Positions 10,454 through 19,996 of a stretch of 60,094 nucleotides of DNA are shown in pieces. The translations under genes and the position numbers were made by a program. The notes below the pieces were generated by a model. The model had not been told where the DNA came from. It did no database searches and saw nothing but the letters and a program-made list of their open reading frames with translations. The DNA lies in the NCBI GenBank assembly GCA_964398885.1, contig CAYNOU010000003.1, positions 997 to 61,090 of the forward strand, in the 5' to 3' direction. This DNA is from an uncultured Candidatus Cloacimonadota bacterium (lineage in GTDB: Bacteria > Cloacimonadota > Cloacimonadia > JGIOTU-2). How positions within the stretch are numbered: position 1 is the stretch's first letter; each line of letters starts with the position of its first letter.

Positions 10454-11437
10454 ATGAAACAGACAGCTTTAGCATTATTCTCTGGTGGATTAGATAGTAT
10501 ATTAGCGGTAAGAATTATCCAAAAACTTGAAATAACGATTATCCCGGTTTGCTTTTCATCACCTTTTTTTGATTGTAAGAAAGCAGAGAAATCCGCAGAA
10601 ATGCTTGGATTGAAATCGCAAATCAGAGAATTGGGAGAGGAATATTTAAACATCATTAAAAATCCTAAATATGGATATGGAAAACACCTTAATCCCTGTA
10701 TTGACTGCCATGCATTTATGTATCATAAATTGGGTGAGATGATGCCAGAATTTAAAGCCAATTTTCTGATTTCTGGCGAGGTTTTAGGACAGCGACCAAA
10801 ATCACAATCCATTACTGGACTGAATACTGTCGCTAACCATAGTGGATATAAAGATTTTATTGTTAGACCTCTTTGCCAAAAACTTCTTCAAGATACAAAA
10901 CCTATTAGGGAAGGCTGGATTGACAAAGAGGAATTATATGATATTCAAGGTAAAAGTAGAAAAAGACAGATGGAATTGGTAAAAGAATTTAAAATTAGAG
11001 ATTATCCATCACCTGCAGGTGGTTGTTTGCTTACTGATAAAGGATATTGTAAAAGATTGCAGGATTTGATTGATTATGATATGTATGATTTAAGATTTAT
11101 CAAATTTTTAAATATTGGGCGACATTTCCGAATTTCAAAAAATACCAAACTCATATTAGGTCGCAAAAAAAGTGATAATGAAAAACTAAATAATTTTATT
11201 ACTGATGATTTAATAACTCTAGGAGCTGAAAATTTTCCGGGACCTCTTGGGGTGATAAATTGTAAAAAAGAGTTGAACATTGACGAAATTAAATTATCTG
11301 CCCAAATTCTCTTAAGGTATATAACAAAGATTAAAAGCAAAAGTAATGTGAGAATTAGCATGGGAAAAGTTCAGAATAAAGTAATAAAGGTAGAAAAGTT
11401 GCAATCTGGATTGGAGAAGAAATATTTGATAAATTAG
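10454..11437 (+). CDS. PP-loop tRNA thiouridylase-like protein (ThiI/MnmA-related)
   Basis: SGGLDS PP-loop, NPCIDCH, GEVLGQRP, PAGGCLLT and GRHFR motifs. Confidence 0.8.
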   Translation: MKQTALALFSGGLDSILAVRIIQKLEITIIPVCFSSPFFDCKKAEKSAEMLGLKSQIRELGEEYLNIIKNPKYGYGKHLNPCIDCHAFMYHKLGEMMPEFKANFLISGEVLGQRPKSQSITGLNTVANHSGYKDFIVRPLCQKLLQDTKPIREGWIDKEELYDIQGKSRKRQMELVKEFKIRDYPSPAGGCLLTDKGYCKRLQDLIDYDMYDLRFIKFLNIGRHFRISKNTKLILGRKKSDNEKLNNFITDDLITLGAENFPGPLGVINCKKELNIDEIKLSAQILLRYITKIKSKSNVRISMGKVQNKVIKVEKLQSGLEKKYLIN

Positions 11438-11543
11438 AATTTAAGGCTTGTAAAACTTTAGACCCTCATAAAAGAAGCGAATTTCTTGACAAATTTATTG
11501 CATATATTCAAGTTTTTATTAAAATTCTTAACAAGAAAGTCAA

Positions 11544-11855
11544 ATGCACATAGATGATATTATTGAAGCTATCCGAACTAATAGAATTCGGATTACTGAC
11601 CATGCTGATGAAGAAGCTCATGCTGATAATCTTACTTTTGAAGAAATTTTCTTTTCTGTAATCCAAGGAGAAATCATTGAGGATTATCCAAACGATAGAC
11701 CCTATCCAAGCTGTCTAATATTTGGTCAGAATTTCAGTGGAGAACCAATCCACAGTGTTTGGGCATATAATGAAGAAAATAAATGGACTGTATTAATTAC
11801 TGTTTATAGACCTGACCCAAACAGATGGATTAATTGGCGGGAAAGGAGAAAATAA
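11544..11855 (+). CDS. DUF4258-family protein (putative toxin)
   Basis: ITDHA, GEIIEDYP, PSCLIFG and ITVYRPD...W motifs. Confidence 0.8.
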   Translation: MHIDDIIEAIRTNRIRITDHADEEAHADNLTFEEIFFSVIQGEIIEDYPNDRPYPSCLIFGQNFSGEPIHSVWAYNEENKWTVLITVYRPDPNRWINWRERRK

Positions 11856-11856
11856 T

Positions 11857-12099
11857 ATGATGCCTTTTAATAAATGTCCTGTATGTGGTGGTGAATTGGT
11901 AGAGAGAGAGGTCGAGAAACTTGTCCGGGGTGGCAATAATATTGCTGTGATTAAAGTTAAGGCAGAGGTTTGCCTTCATTGTGGTGAACGCCTTTATTCC
12001 CAGGAAACGGTTAAGCAATTTGAAGAAATTAGAGCAAAATTAGAGCGACAAGAAGTAAAAAACTTTCAACTCTTAGGACAATCTTTCAAAGTAGCATAA
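11857..12099 (+). CDS. YgiT/MqsA-type zinc finger protein
   Basis: CPVC...CLHCGE zinc ribbon, coupled to the DUF4258 gene. Confidence 0.8.
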   Translation: MMPFNKCPVCGGELVEREVEKLVRGGNNIAVIKVKAEVCLHCGERLYSQETVKQFEEIRAKLERQEVKNFQLLGQSFKVA

Positions 12100-12135
12100 C
12101 AAAAATATTATACAAATGATTTACATTTTGTAATG

Positions 12136-12151
12136 TCCCGATATATCGGGA
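12136..12151. repeat. TCCCGA-family palindrome
   Basis: TCCCGAT-AT-ATCGGGA just downstream of the maf stop codon. Confidence 0.8.
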
Positions 12152-12166
12152 TCCTCATTTACCCCC

Positions 12167-12748
12167 TCAATCGGGGATGATTGATTTGCACATTTTATAA
12201 AATAGAGGAATTGGAAAACCCATTACATTAAAATAGCAACCTTCAATTTTATTTATAAACTGGCTTCCAAATCCTTGAATTCCATAAGCCCCTGCTTTGT
12301 CCATCGGTTCATTTGTATTTAAATATTCTTCTATATCAGGTTCTGAGATTTTGTTGAAACATATCTTTGTCCTTTCTATATCTGATATTTTATCCCTTCT
12401 TATACATATTGAAATACCACTTAATACAATATGACAATTCCCGGAAAGGTTTTGTAAAAATTTTTTAGCTTCTTTGCGATTTTTCGGTTTCCTTAATATT
12501 TTATTATCAATTAATACAATAGTATCAACGCCGATTACAAAAGAATCTGGATGTGTTTTAAAAACTTTGTCTGCTTTTTTCATTGAATAATGAAGGACAA
12601 AATCTTCAGGAGACATTCCATTTTCAACTTCCTCAATATCTGAAGATATTTGACGGAATTTAAGACCAATTTGATGGAGAAGAAATGCTCGTCTTGGAGA
12701 TTTTGAAGCCAGAATTATATCTTCGTTTCTTAATAAATTATGAAGCAT
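12167..12748 (-). CDS. maf: Maf-family nucleotide pyrophosphatase
   Basis: ILASKSPRR, DKAGAYGIQG and NVMGFP motifs. Confidence 0.93.
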   Translation of the reverse strand: MLHNLLRNEDIILASKSPRRAFLLHQIGLKFRQISSDIEEVENGMSPEDFVLHYSMKKADKVFKTHPDSFVIGVDTIVLIDNKILRKPKNRKEAKKFLQNLSGNCHIVLSGISICIRRDKISDIERTKICFNKISEPDIEEYLNTNEPMDKAGAYGIQGFGSQFINKIEGCYFNVMGFPIPLFYKMCKSIIPD

Positions 12749-12793
12749 TTATTATTATCTGGGTTTGTAACTAATTTACTAATTTACCAATTT

Positions 12794-12895
12794 ACCCCGT
12801 TAGATAATTTATAAGAAAATTTATAACTCTTTTTTATATCCACCAATTGGCTGATAGTATAATATTTATATAAAAACATAAATATCTAACGGGGT
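12794..12895. mobile_element. 102-bp MITE-like element
   Basis: Perfect 13-bp terminal inverted repeats ACCCCGTTAGATA / TATCTAACGGGGT around an AT-rich non-coding core, interrupting a TAATTTAC-type tandem array. Confidence 0.7.
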
Positions 12896-12913
12896 GAACT
12901 AATTCAACTAATT

Positions 12914-12943
12914 TCCGCCAAAGGCGGATCCGCCTTCGGCGGA
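12914..12943. repeat. 30-bp double hairpin, TCCGCC family
   Basis: TCCGCC-AAA-GGCGGA-TCCGCC-TTC-GGCGGA. Confidence 0.9.
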
Positions 12944-12951
12944 CAACCAGT

Positions 12952-14703
12952 TTAACCAATTAACTTATCTATAATTTCCTTTAGAGTCTTTTCTATTTCT
13001 TCAAAATTGCAAATTATCCTTTCTCCAGTTTTTCTAATTTTGAACTCAACCTTTTTATATTTGAAATTTTTCTGACCAACAATTATCTGGATTGGTATTC
13101 CAATCAAATCTGCTTCTTTGAATTTGATACCAGGGCTTACATCTCTGTCATCAAAAAGAATCTCAATATTAATATTTTGAATTTTTTGATAAAGGGTATC
13201 ACAAAATTTTGTTATCTTTTTATCTTCAGTGGTGAGATTTATCAATTCCACTTGATACGGAGCGATTGAAATAGGCCAGATAATGCCATCCTTGTCATAG
13301 TTTTGTTCAATTGCAGCAGCCATTGTGCGAGTAATTCCTATTCCGTAACAACCCATTTGATAGGGGATAGCATCTCCATTTTCCGCTGTATAAGTAGCAT
13401 TCATTGCTTTGCTGTATTTATCTCCGAGTTGGAATATTTGTCCCACTTCAATGCCACGAAAGGATGTCATAGGTTTGCCACACTTAGGACAGGGATCACC
13501 TTCTTTTGCAAGGATGAAATCAGAATATTCTGTAATATTTGCATCTCTTTCAAGGTTTACATTTTTGTAGTGATAATCTTTTTCATCAGCACCAGCAACC
13601 ATATTCCTCATTTCTTTTAGATTTATATCAGCATAAATTTGAATATTTTTTTTGCCAACTGGACCGACAAAGCCAGCAGTAGAACTTGTAAACCTTGCTA
13701 TTTCCTCTTCTGTAGCAAATTCCAATTCTGTAGATTTTTCGTCCTTCGTCCCGATTATATCGGGACTACGGAGAATGGATAAGAAATTTGCAACTTTTAC
13801 ATTGTTGATTTCTCTATCACCTCGTATTAGAATAGCGACAAATTTATCATTAGATTTATATATGATTGTTTTAAGAAGTTGTTTTTTATCAATCTTAAGA
13901 AATTTACTGACTTCATCTGCTGATTTCTTATTTGGAGTGTGAACTTTTTCAAGATTTTTCATTTCTTCGTTTGAATTATTTTTCAAAGGAGCAATTTTGC
14001 AATTTTCTCTTGTTGCCGCATATCCACATTTACAGTGCAACACCTCTGATTCACCAGTTTCAGCCAGAACCATAAATTCATGAGAAAGCGACCCCCCAAT
14101 TGGACCAACATCAGCTTCAACAGCAACAGTTTTTAAACCACATCTTTCAAAAATTCGTGTATAGGCTTTGTGCATTTCATCATAAGTTTTTAGCAAGCAT
14201 TCTTTATCCTTATGAAAACTATACGCATCCTTCATAATGAATTCACGAGCACGCATTACTCCAAAGCGAGGGCGGATTTCGTCACGAAACTTCGTCTGAA
14301 TTTGATATAAATTTATAGGTAATTCTTTATAAGATTTTATTTCGTTTTTTGCGAGAATAGTAATTACTTCCTCATGCGTGGGTCCAAGAGCGAATTCTCG
14401 GTTATGTCTATCTCTCATTCGCATCAATTCAGGTCCATAAACATCCCATCTACCAGATTGTTTCCATATTTCCTTTGGATGTAAAACTGGCATAAGTATC
14501 TCTTCACAACCAATCTTATTGAGTTCTTCTCTGACAATACTTTCAATTTTGTTTATAACTCTTTTTGTTAATGGTAAATAGGAGTATATTCCAGAACCCA
14601 ATTTCCTTAACATCCCACTGCGAATCATAAGTCTGTGACTGGGAATTTCAGCCTCTGCAGGAATCTCTTTAAGTGTAGGAATAAATGCTTTGGAAAATCG
14701 CAT
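12952..14703 (-). CDS. proS: Proline--tRNA ligase (bacterial type with editing domain)
   Basis: GPTHEE, FRDEIRPRFG, GIEVGQIFQLG and MGCYGIG motifs. GGAGG RBS precedes ATG 14703. Confidence 0.97.
   Translation of the reverse strand: MRFSKAFIPTLKEIPAEAEIPSHRLMIRSGMLRKLGSGIYSYLPLTKRVINKIESIVREELNKIGCEEILMPVLHPKEIWKQSGRWDVYGPELMRMRDRHNREFALGPTHEEVITILAKNEIKSYKELPINLYQIQTKFRDEIRPRFGVMRAREFIMKDAYSFHKDKECLLKTYDEMHKAYTRIFERCGLKTVAVEADVGPIGGSLSHEFMVLAETGESEVLHCKCGYAATRENCKIAPLKNNSNEEMKNLEKVHTPNKKSADEVSKFLKIDKKQLLKTIIYKSNDKFVAILIRGDREINNVKVANFLSILRSPDIIGTKDEKSTELEFATEEEIARFTSSTAGFVGPVGKKNIQIYADINLKEMRNMVAGADEKDYHYKNVNLERDANITEYSDFILAKEGDPCPKCGKPMTSFRGIEVGQIFQLGDKYSKAMNATYTAENGDAIPYQMGCYGIGITRTMAAAIEQNYDKDGIIWPISIAPYQVELINLTTEDKKITKFCDTLYQKIQNINIEILFDDRDVSPGIKFKEADLIGIPIQIIVGQKNFKYKKVEFKIRKTGERIICNFEEIEKTLKEIIDKLIG
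13744..13773. repeat. Palindromic cassette inside proS
   Basis: CTTC-GTCCCGATTATATCGGGAC-TACGGAG, matching the cassette at 2854-2883. Confidence 0.85.
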
Positions 14704-14919
14704 TAATGCCTCCAATTTAATATTATTAAACATAAATCATCCTAATTAAAATTGATGTCAAGAAATGCTCCATAAGAACAACTTAATTTCAACTTATAAT
14801 GAAATAATCTTGACGGTAAATTATTTTTCGAGAAATTTATCTTTAATCAATAAAATTCAATCTATCGAAAATCAAAATTGTCGTAGATAGAAAGACAAAT
14901 TTAAAGAAAAAAGGCACTT

Positions 14920-17900
14920 ATGAAGTATAAAATATTTACGATTTTGTTTTTACTTTTAGCCACTTCTCTATTTGCAAAAGAGATAGAAATATCAAGTGAT
15001 AAAAATATTTTACAACTAACAGGAAGTTTTACAATAAATAATTTTATTTCCAGAAAAGTTAAAGGAGTAGAATATACTCAATTAGAAATCCCTAACTGTA
15101 GTAAAGGTGGAAAGATAGGGGAAGCCGAACTACCTGTATATAGTAAACTTGTAACCTTGCCTGAAACTGGAAATTATGTTCCCAAAAACTTGAAATACGA
15201 TTTTAATGAAATCATACTTAACAAAAATATTGTGTTTGTGGGTTGGGAAGATAATAGACAAGTGAAGAATGACTATTACAATAAAAACGAATGGTTTCCC
15301 AAGGAGATTGTAACTATAAGCAAACCCTGTATAATGCGTGGTTATAGATTCTCACAAATTTCAATATCTGCTGTGCAATATAATCCTGCTATGAATAAAC
15401 TAAGAATACTTCGAGATATTAATGCAGAATTTGAAATTGATTATTCACAAGATGAAAATATCATAAAAAAGAGAAGAAAACTACCTTCCCAATCTTTTAC
15501 TAAGATTGCGGAAGAAAATATTTATGGAATAGAACAACCTAAAAGTAATGAGAAAGGAAGCTATTTATTTATCGCACCTGATAATTGTGTAACTACATTA
15601 CAACCACTTTTAAGATGGAAGGGAAAATTAGGATATAAAATAAAGCTTGCTACTATTTCAGAAACTGGCTCTACTAACGATTCAATTCGCGATTATCTGC
15701 AAAATGCTTATGATACCTGGGAAATTCCACCAGAATTTGTCCTTATTATAGGTGATGTAACAGGTGATATTGTTGTCCCTTCTTTTTATGTACAAGGTGG
15801 GCCATTTTCTCACTGGGATGTTACTGACCATCCTTATACCTTGTTACAAGGAGATGACTATTTTCCGGATATTTTTATTGGAAGAATTTCTGTGCAAACC
15901 TTTCCACAATTGCAGACAGTAATTAGTAAAATTATAAATTATGAGAGTAATCCTTATTTAGGCAAGAATTGGTTTAAAAAGGCTCTAATGATAAGTTTTG
16001 TTTATGATGGTCCCTTGGGTCAGATGTATTCTCATCGGGAAACGAAAATGGCGGTTAGAGAGAAATTATTGGATTTTGGTTATACAAAAGTTGATACATT
16101 TATTTATCCATACCAATCAGGACAAACTCAACTGGCAAATATGATTAATAATGGCTATTCTTTTATAAATTTTAGAGGATGTGGCGGTTATAATTATTGG
16201 GCACCTTGGTTTGGGGAGGATATATTTAATATTGATGATGTAAATAGTTTAAGCAATGGCTTTATGCTTCCAATGGTAACCAGTATAACCTGCGGTGGAG
16301 GCAATTTTGCAGCAGAGCATTTCCCTTCTTGCTTTGGTGAAACCTGGCTTATTGCGGGTTCACCTTCTCTCCCAAAAGGAGCAATTGGTTTTATCGGTCC
16401 CAGTGAACTTGATACTCAAACAGGATGGAATAATTGTAATGATTTGGGTATATATCAGGGAATAACACAGGAAAATCTCTTTCGTTGTGGAGAAATGCTC
16501 TTGCGAGGGAAAATGGAATTATATAATAATTTCCCTCACAACCATGCTTGGGGTGGACCTGAAGATTCTGACCAATTTTATTTTTATGTTTATAATTTGT
16601 TGGGTGACCCGGGACTTGCTATCTGGACAGATATACCCAAAGAAATTGATTTAGCATTCAATAGTGAAATCTTGCATGGGACAAATTATCTGGATGTTGA
16701 AGTTGAGACTGATGAGATTGAAAAGTCTGGATTTACAATTGCAATTACTAATGACGATAGCTTAATTACAACTGGAATTACAGGTGAAGATGGTCAGGCA
16801 AATGTTCCTGTAATTCTGCCAACAGGCAATTACTTGGTTACCGCTTCCAAATATGGATTTATACCGAAAACCGATACTTTGAATGTTATAGAAGGTGATA
16901 TTATTAGTTTATACAATTATTCATTTACAGACAATATAATTCATGGACAATTGGTAAATCTAAACACCACATTAAAAAATCTGGGAAACACTACTGCAAC
17001 GAATGTTCAAATAAAGTTAATATCTAATGATGAGTATATTCAGGTTATCTCCGATAGTGCCTTTACTGATTTCATTCCTGCTGACGATACATTTTCTTGT
17101 CATTTTCAAGTTCAGATAGGGGATGAGTGGGAAAATGGTTATGAAACTGAGCTATTATTGAATGTTAACTCTACTTTTGGTGAAGATGATTTCCTGATTC
17201 CAGTTGAAGTAAGTTCACCTGAGCTTGTTTTATCCGAATTCATTGTAAATAATCCTGATAGCTGTCTTATTCAGAATGAAACAGCAGAAGTCTATATCAC
17301 ACTTGTGAACTGTGGAAATTTTGATACTGGTAATTTCAATGCCAATTTAATCAGCTTGAATGATAAGACTGAAGTTATCAGTCCAAATAGTTCCTATACA
17401 AACATCGGTATTAATGGAACGGGCATTAATGAAAATCCATTTCAAATAACTGTAGCATATGTCGTTTCAGGAGAACTTGCTCAATTTAAATTAGAAATAT
17501 TGGATAATCATACTTTGCTCTAGGAACTTACTTTTAGCATTCCAATTGGAATAATAGATGATAACAGCCCGACATTTTGTGAATATGGCTATTATGCTAT
17601 TGAGAGCAGTGATATAGGTGCTTTTATTCCACCTGTTTATAATTGGATTGAGATTGACCCTCAATATGGTGGTAATGGGAATCTTATTGGAGCAGACTAT
17701 ACTACTTCTGATGGTTATATAAAGGTTATTGATTTGCCTTTCCAATTTCAATATTTTGGTAGATTTTACAATAATATCTCAGTTTGCTCCAATGGTTATC
17801 TATCAATGGGTGAAACAAATTTAGTATTTCAAAGGAATAGAACCATTCCTTCTGGAGTTGGACCCAAAGCTATGATTGCACCTTTCTGGGATGATTTAAC

Positions 17901-19878
17901 AGATGGGAATATGTATACCAACTATGATGCAGATAATCACTACTTTGTAATAGAATGGTCTGAGTGGAGCAATGTTTATAATCCTGAACTAAAGGAAACA
18001 TTTGAAGTTATTTTATATGACCCTGAATTTTACGCTACTGCATCAGGAGAAGGTGAAATACTTTTTCAATATAAAGAAATATACAATGTTGATCAGGAGG
18101 AAAATTATGCTACAGTAGGCATAGAAAACGAATCCCAGACTGATGGATTATTGTTAAGTTATGCTAATATTTGTTCGCCAACAGCACATCCTTTACAAAA
18201 TGAAACAGCCATATTATTCACAACCAAAGAAAGTCCTACCATTCCTTATTTAACTGCTGAGCCAGGAGCCGTAACTGTTTCCATTCCGTCAGGCACCTCC
18301 ATTAGCCAAAATATTTCTCTTGTAAATAATGGGGAACCCGGCTCTAGCTTGACTTATACAATCACTCTTTCACATTTCTTCAAAGGTTCGGGAGTCTTAG
18401 ATGGGAAAAGCGGAAAAAGTATTGAAAACGATTTCATCATCAGTGTTACAAATGAGTATATTCCTATTATGCCAATGGATATCAACTTTTATCTATATCA
18501 TAATAGTCCTGATAATGAGCCTGTCTATGGGGCAAAGATAGATTTTCCTCCAGGATTCTTTGTAAATAATTCAACAGATATTGGTCCATTAAGTTATAAT
18601 AATGAAACAGGTGATGGGGTGGAAGTAAGTTGGGGATTTGATAATGGTGAGGTTTTATCTGCGACAGGAGTTTATGGGTTTATTGTAAATGTTACCATTG
18701 ATGAAAGTCATACAGAACCAATTGAGTTGGATTGGTTCATACAGGGTGATGGCACTGGGGCAGAACCTCATACACAAAATGGAACAATTACTATAGCACC
18801 AACGAGTGATTCTTATCTCTGGTTAACATATCCTAATGGTGGAGAAAAGATGGTCTATGGTTTGGCAGATAGTATAAAATGGCAACATTATGGAGATATT
18901 GAAGAAGTCAATATAAAACTATCTTTTGATAATGGTTCTACATGGCAAATGTTAGCTGAAGAAGTTGCTAATACTGGATTTTATGAATTCATTGTTCCCG
19001 GCCCATTATCTGATGATTGCAAAGTCAAAATCAGTTCTATTGATGGGTCTGATTATGATATTTCTGATGATGTATTCCAAATTACTGCTTTAAATATTGA
19101 ATATCCAAATAATGGTGTAATAATGGTCTATAATACCCAGGATACTATAAAGTGGATAGATTGTGGCGGGATTGACAAAGTGAATATTGAGTTATCAAGA
19201 GATAATGGCTTTATCTGGGAGACGCTTGCCAGTGAGGTTGATAATACTGGTTTTTATGAATTTACTATAACTGGTCCTCCATCAGATGAATGCAAAATAA
19301 AAATAAGCAGTTTAGATGGCCAGATTTTTAATATCTCTTCTGGTTTATTTAGTATAGTTGATTCACCGATTTATTGGATAATTCCTAATCAAATAACTGG
19401 TTCAATTGCTGGAGAGCAAACCAAGGAGATAACCGTAACCATTTCAAGTGAAGGTTTACAAATTGGAACTTATCAAGCTTTTATTAAGATTACAACTAAT
19501 TTAGGTCAGATAGTTGATATACCAGTAACTTTAAATGTAATTGAATCAGATGTAGAGTACAAATCAAAACTTTTTCAGAACTATCCCAATCCCTTTAGTC
19601 ATTCAACAATAATATCTCTTAGTTTAGCCACCAGTCTTCGCTACGCTACGCCCCGGCAGGCAGAGAACGCACAAGTAACAATTTATAACATAAAAGGGCA
19701 ACTTATAAAAACTCTCATCCCAATCCCGATAAATCGGGATGACAAATTTCAAATGACAAATGTAATTTGGGATGGAAAAGATGAAAAGGGCAATCCTATA
19801 AGTTCAGGCTTATACTTTTATCAACTTAAAATTGGGAATAAAATAATTGATACAAAGAAATGTATTTTGTTAAAATAA
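14920..19878 (+). pseudogene. Gingipain-like C25 peptidase with T9SS-type CTD, interrupted by one in-frame TAG (17521-17523)
   Basis: Propeptide and C25 motifs (IIGD, GRIS, SITCG, YNLLGDP). The same frame continues open after the TAG (ELTFSIPIG...) through the 17734 ORF to the CTD. Confidence 0.8.
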
Positions 19879-19934
19879 TTATTGAGTAATAAGAGTTTAA
19901 CAATAATAGGTATATCACATAAAATCAAAAATAA

Positions 19935-19970
19935 TATTTCTTGACTAAAAGAACTAAATTTTAAGAAATA
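19935..19970 (+). promoter_or_regulatory. Duplicated promoter/operator-like site (copies at 21839-21876 and 30913-30948)
   Basis: TATTTCTT...AAGAAATA inverted repeat overlapping TTGACT, upstream of an AGGGAGG RBS in three paralogues. Confidence 0.55.
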
Positions 19971-19996
19971 ATTAAAAGAAAAAGGGAGGCTTATCA

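Noticed and set aside
17521-17523. Genome-wide TAG recoding
   Set aside because: TAG terminates several genes at their expected ends (7743, 8632, 11437, 27606, 35517).
17734-19878. Independent 714-aa gene
   Set aside because: It has a TTG start with no evident RBS or signal peptide and is the in-frame continuation of the 14920 gene.
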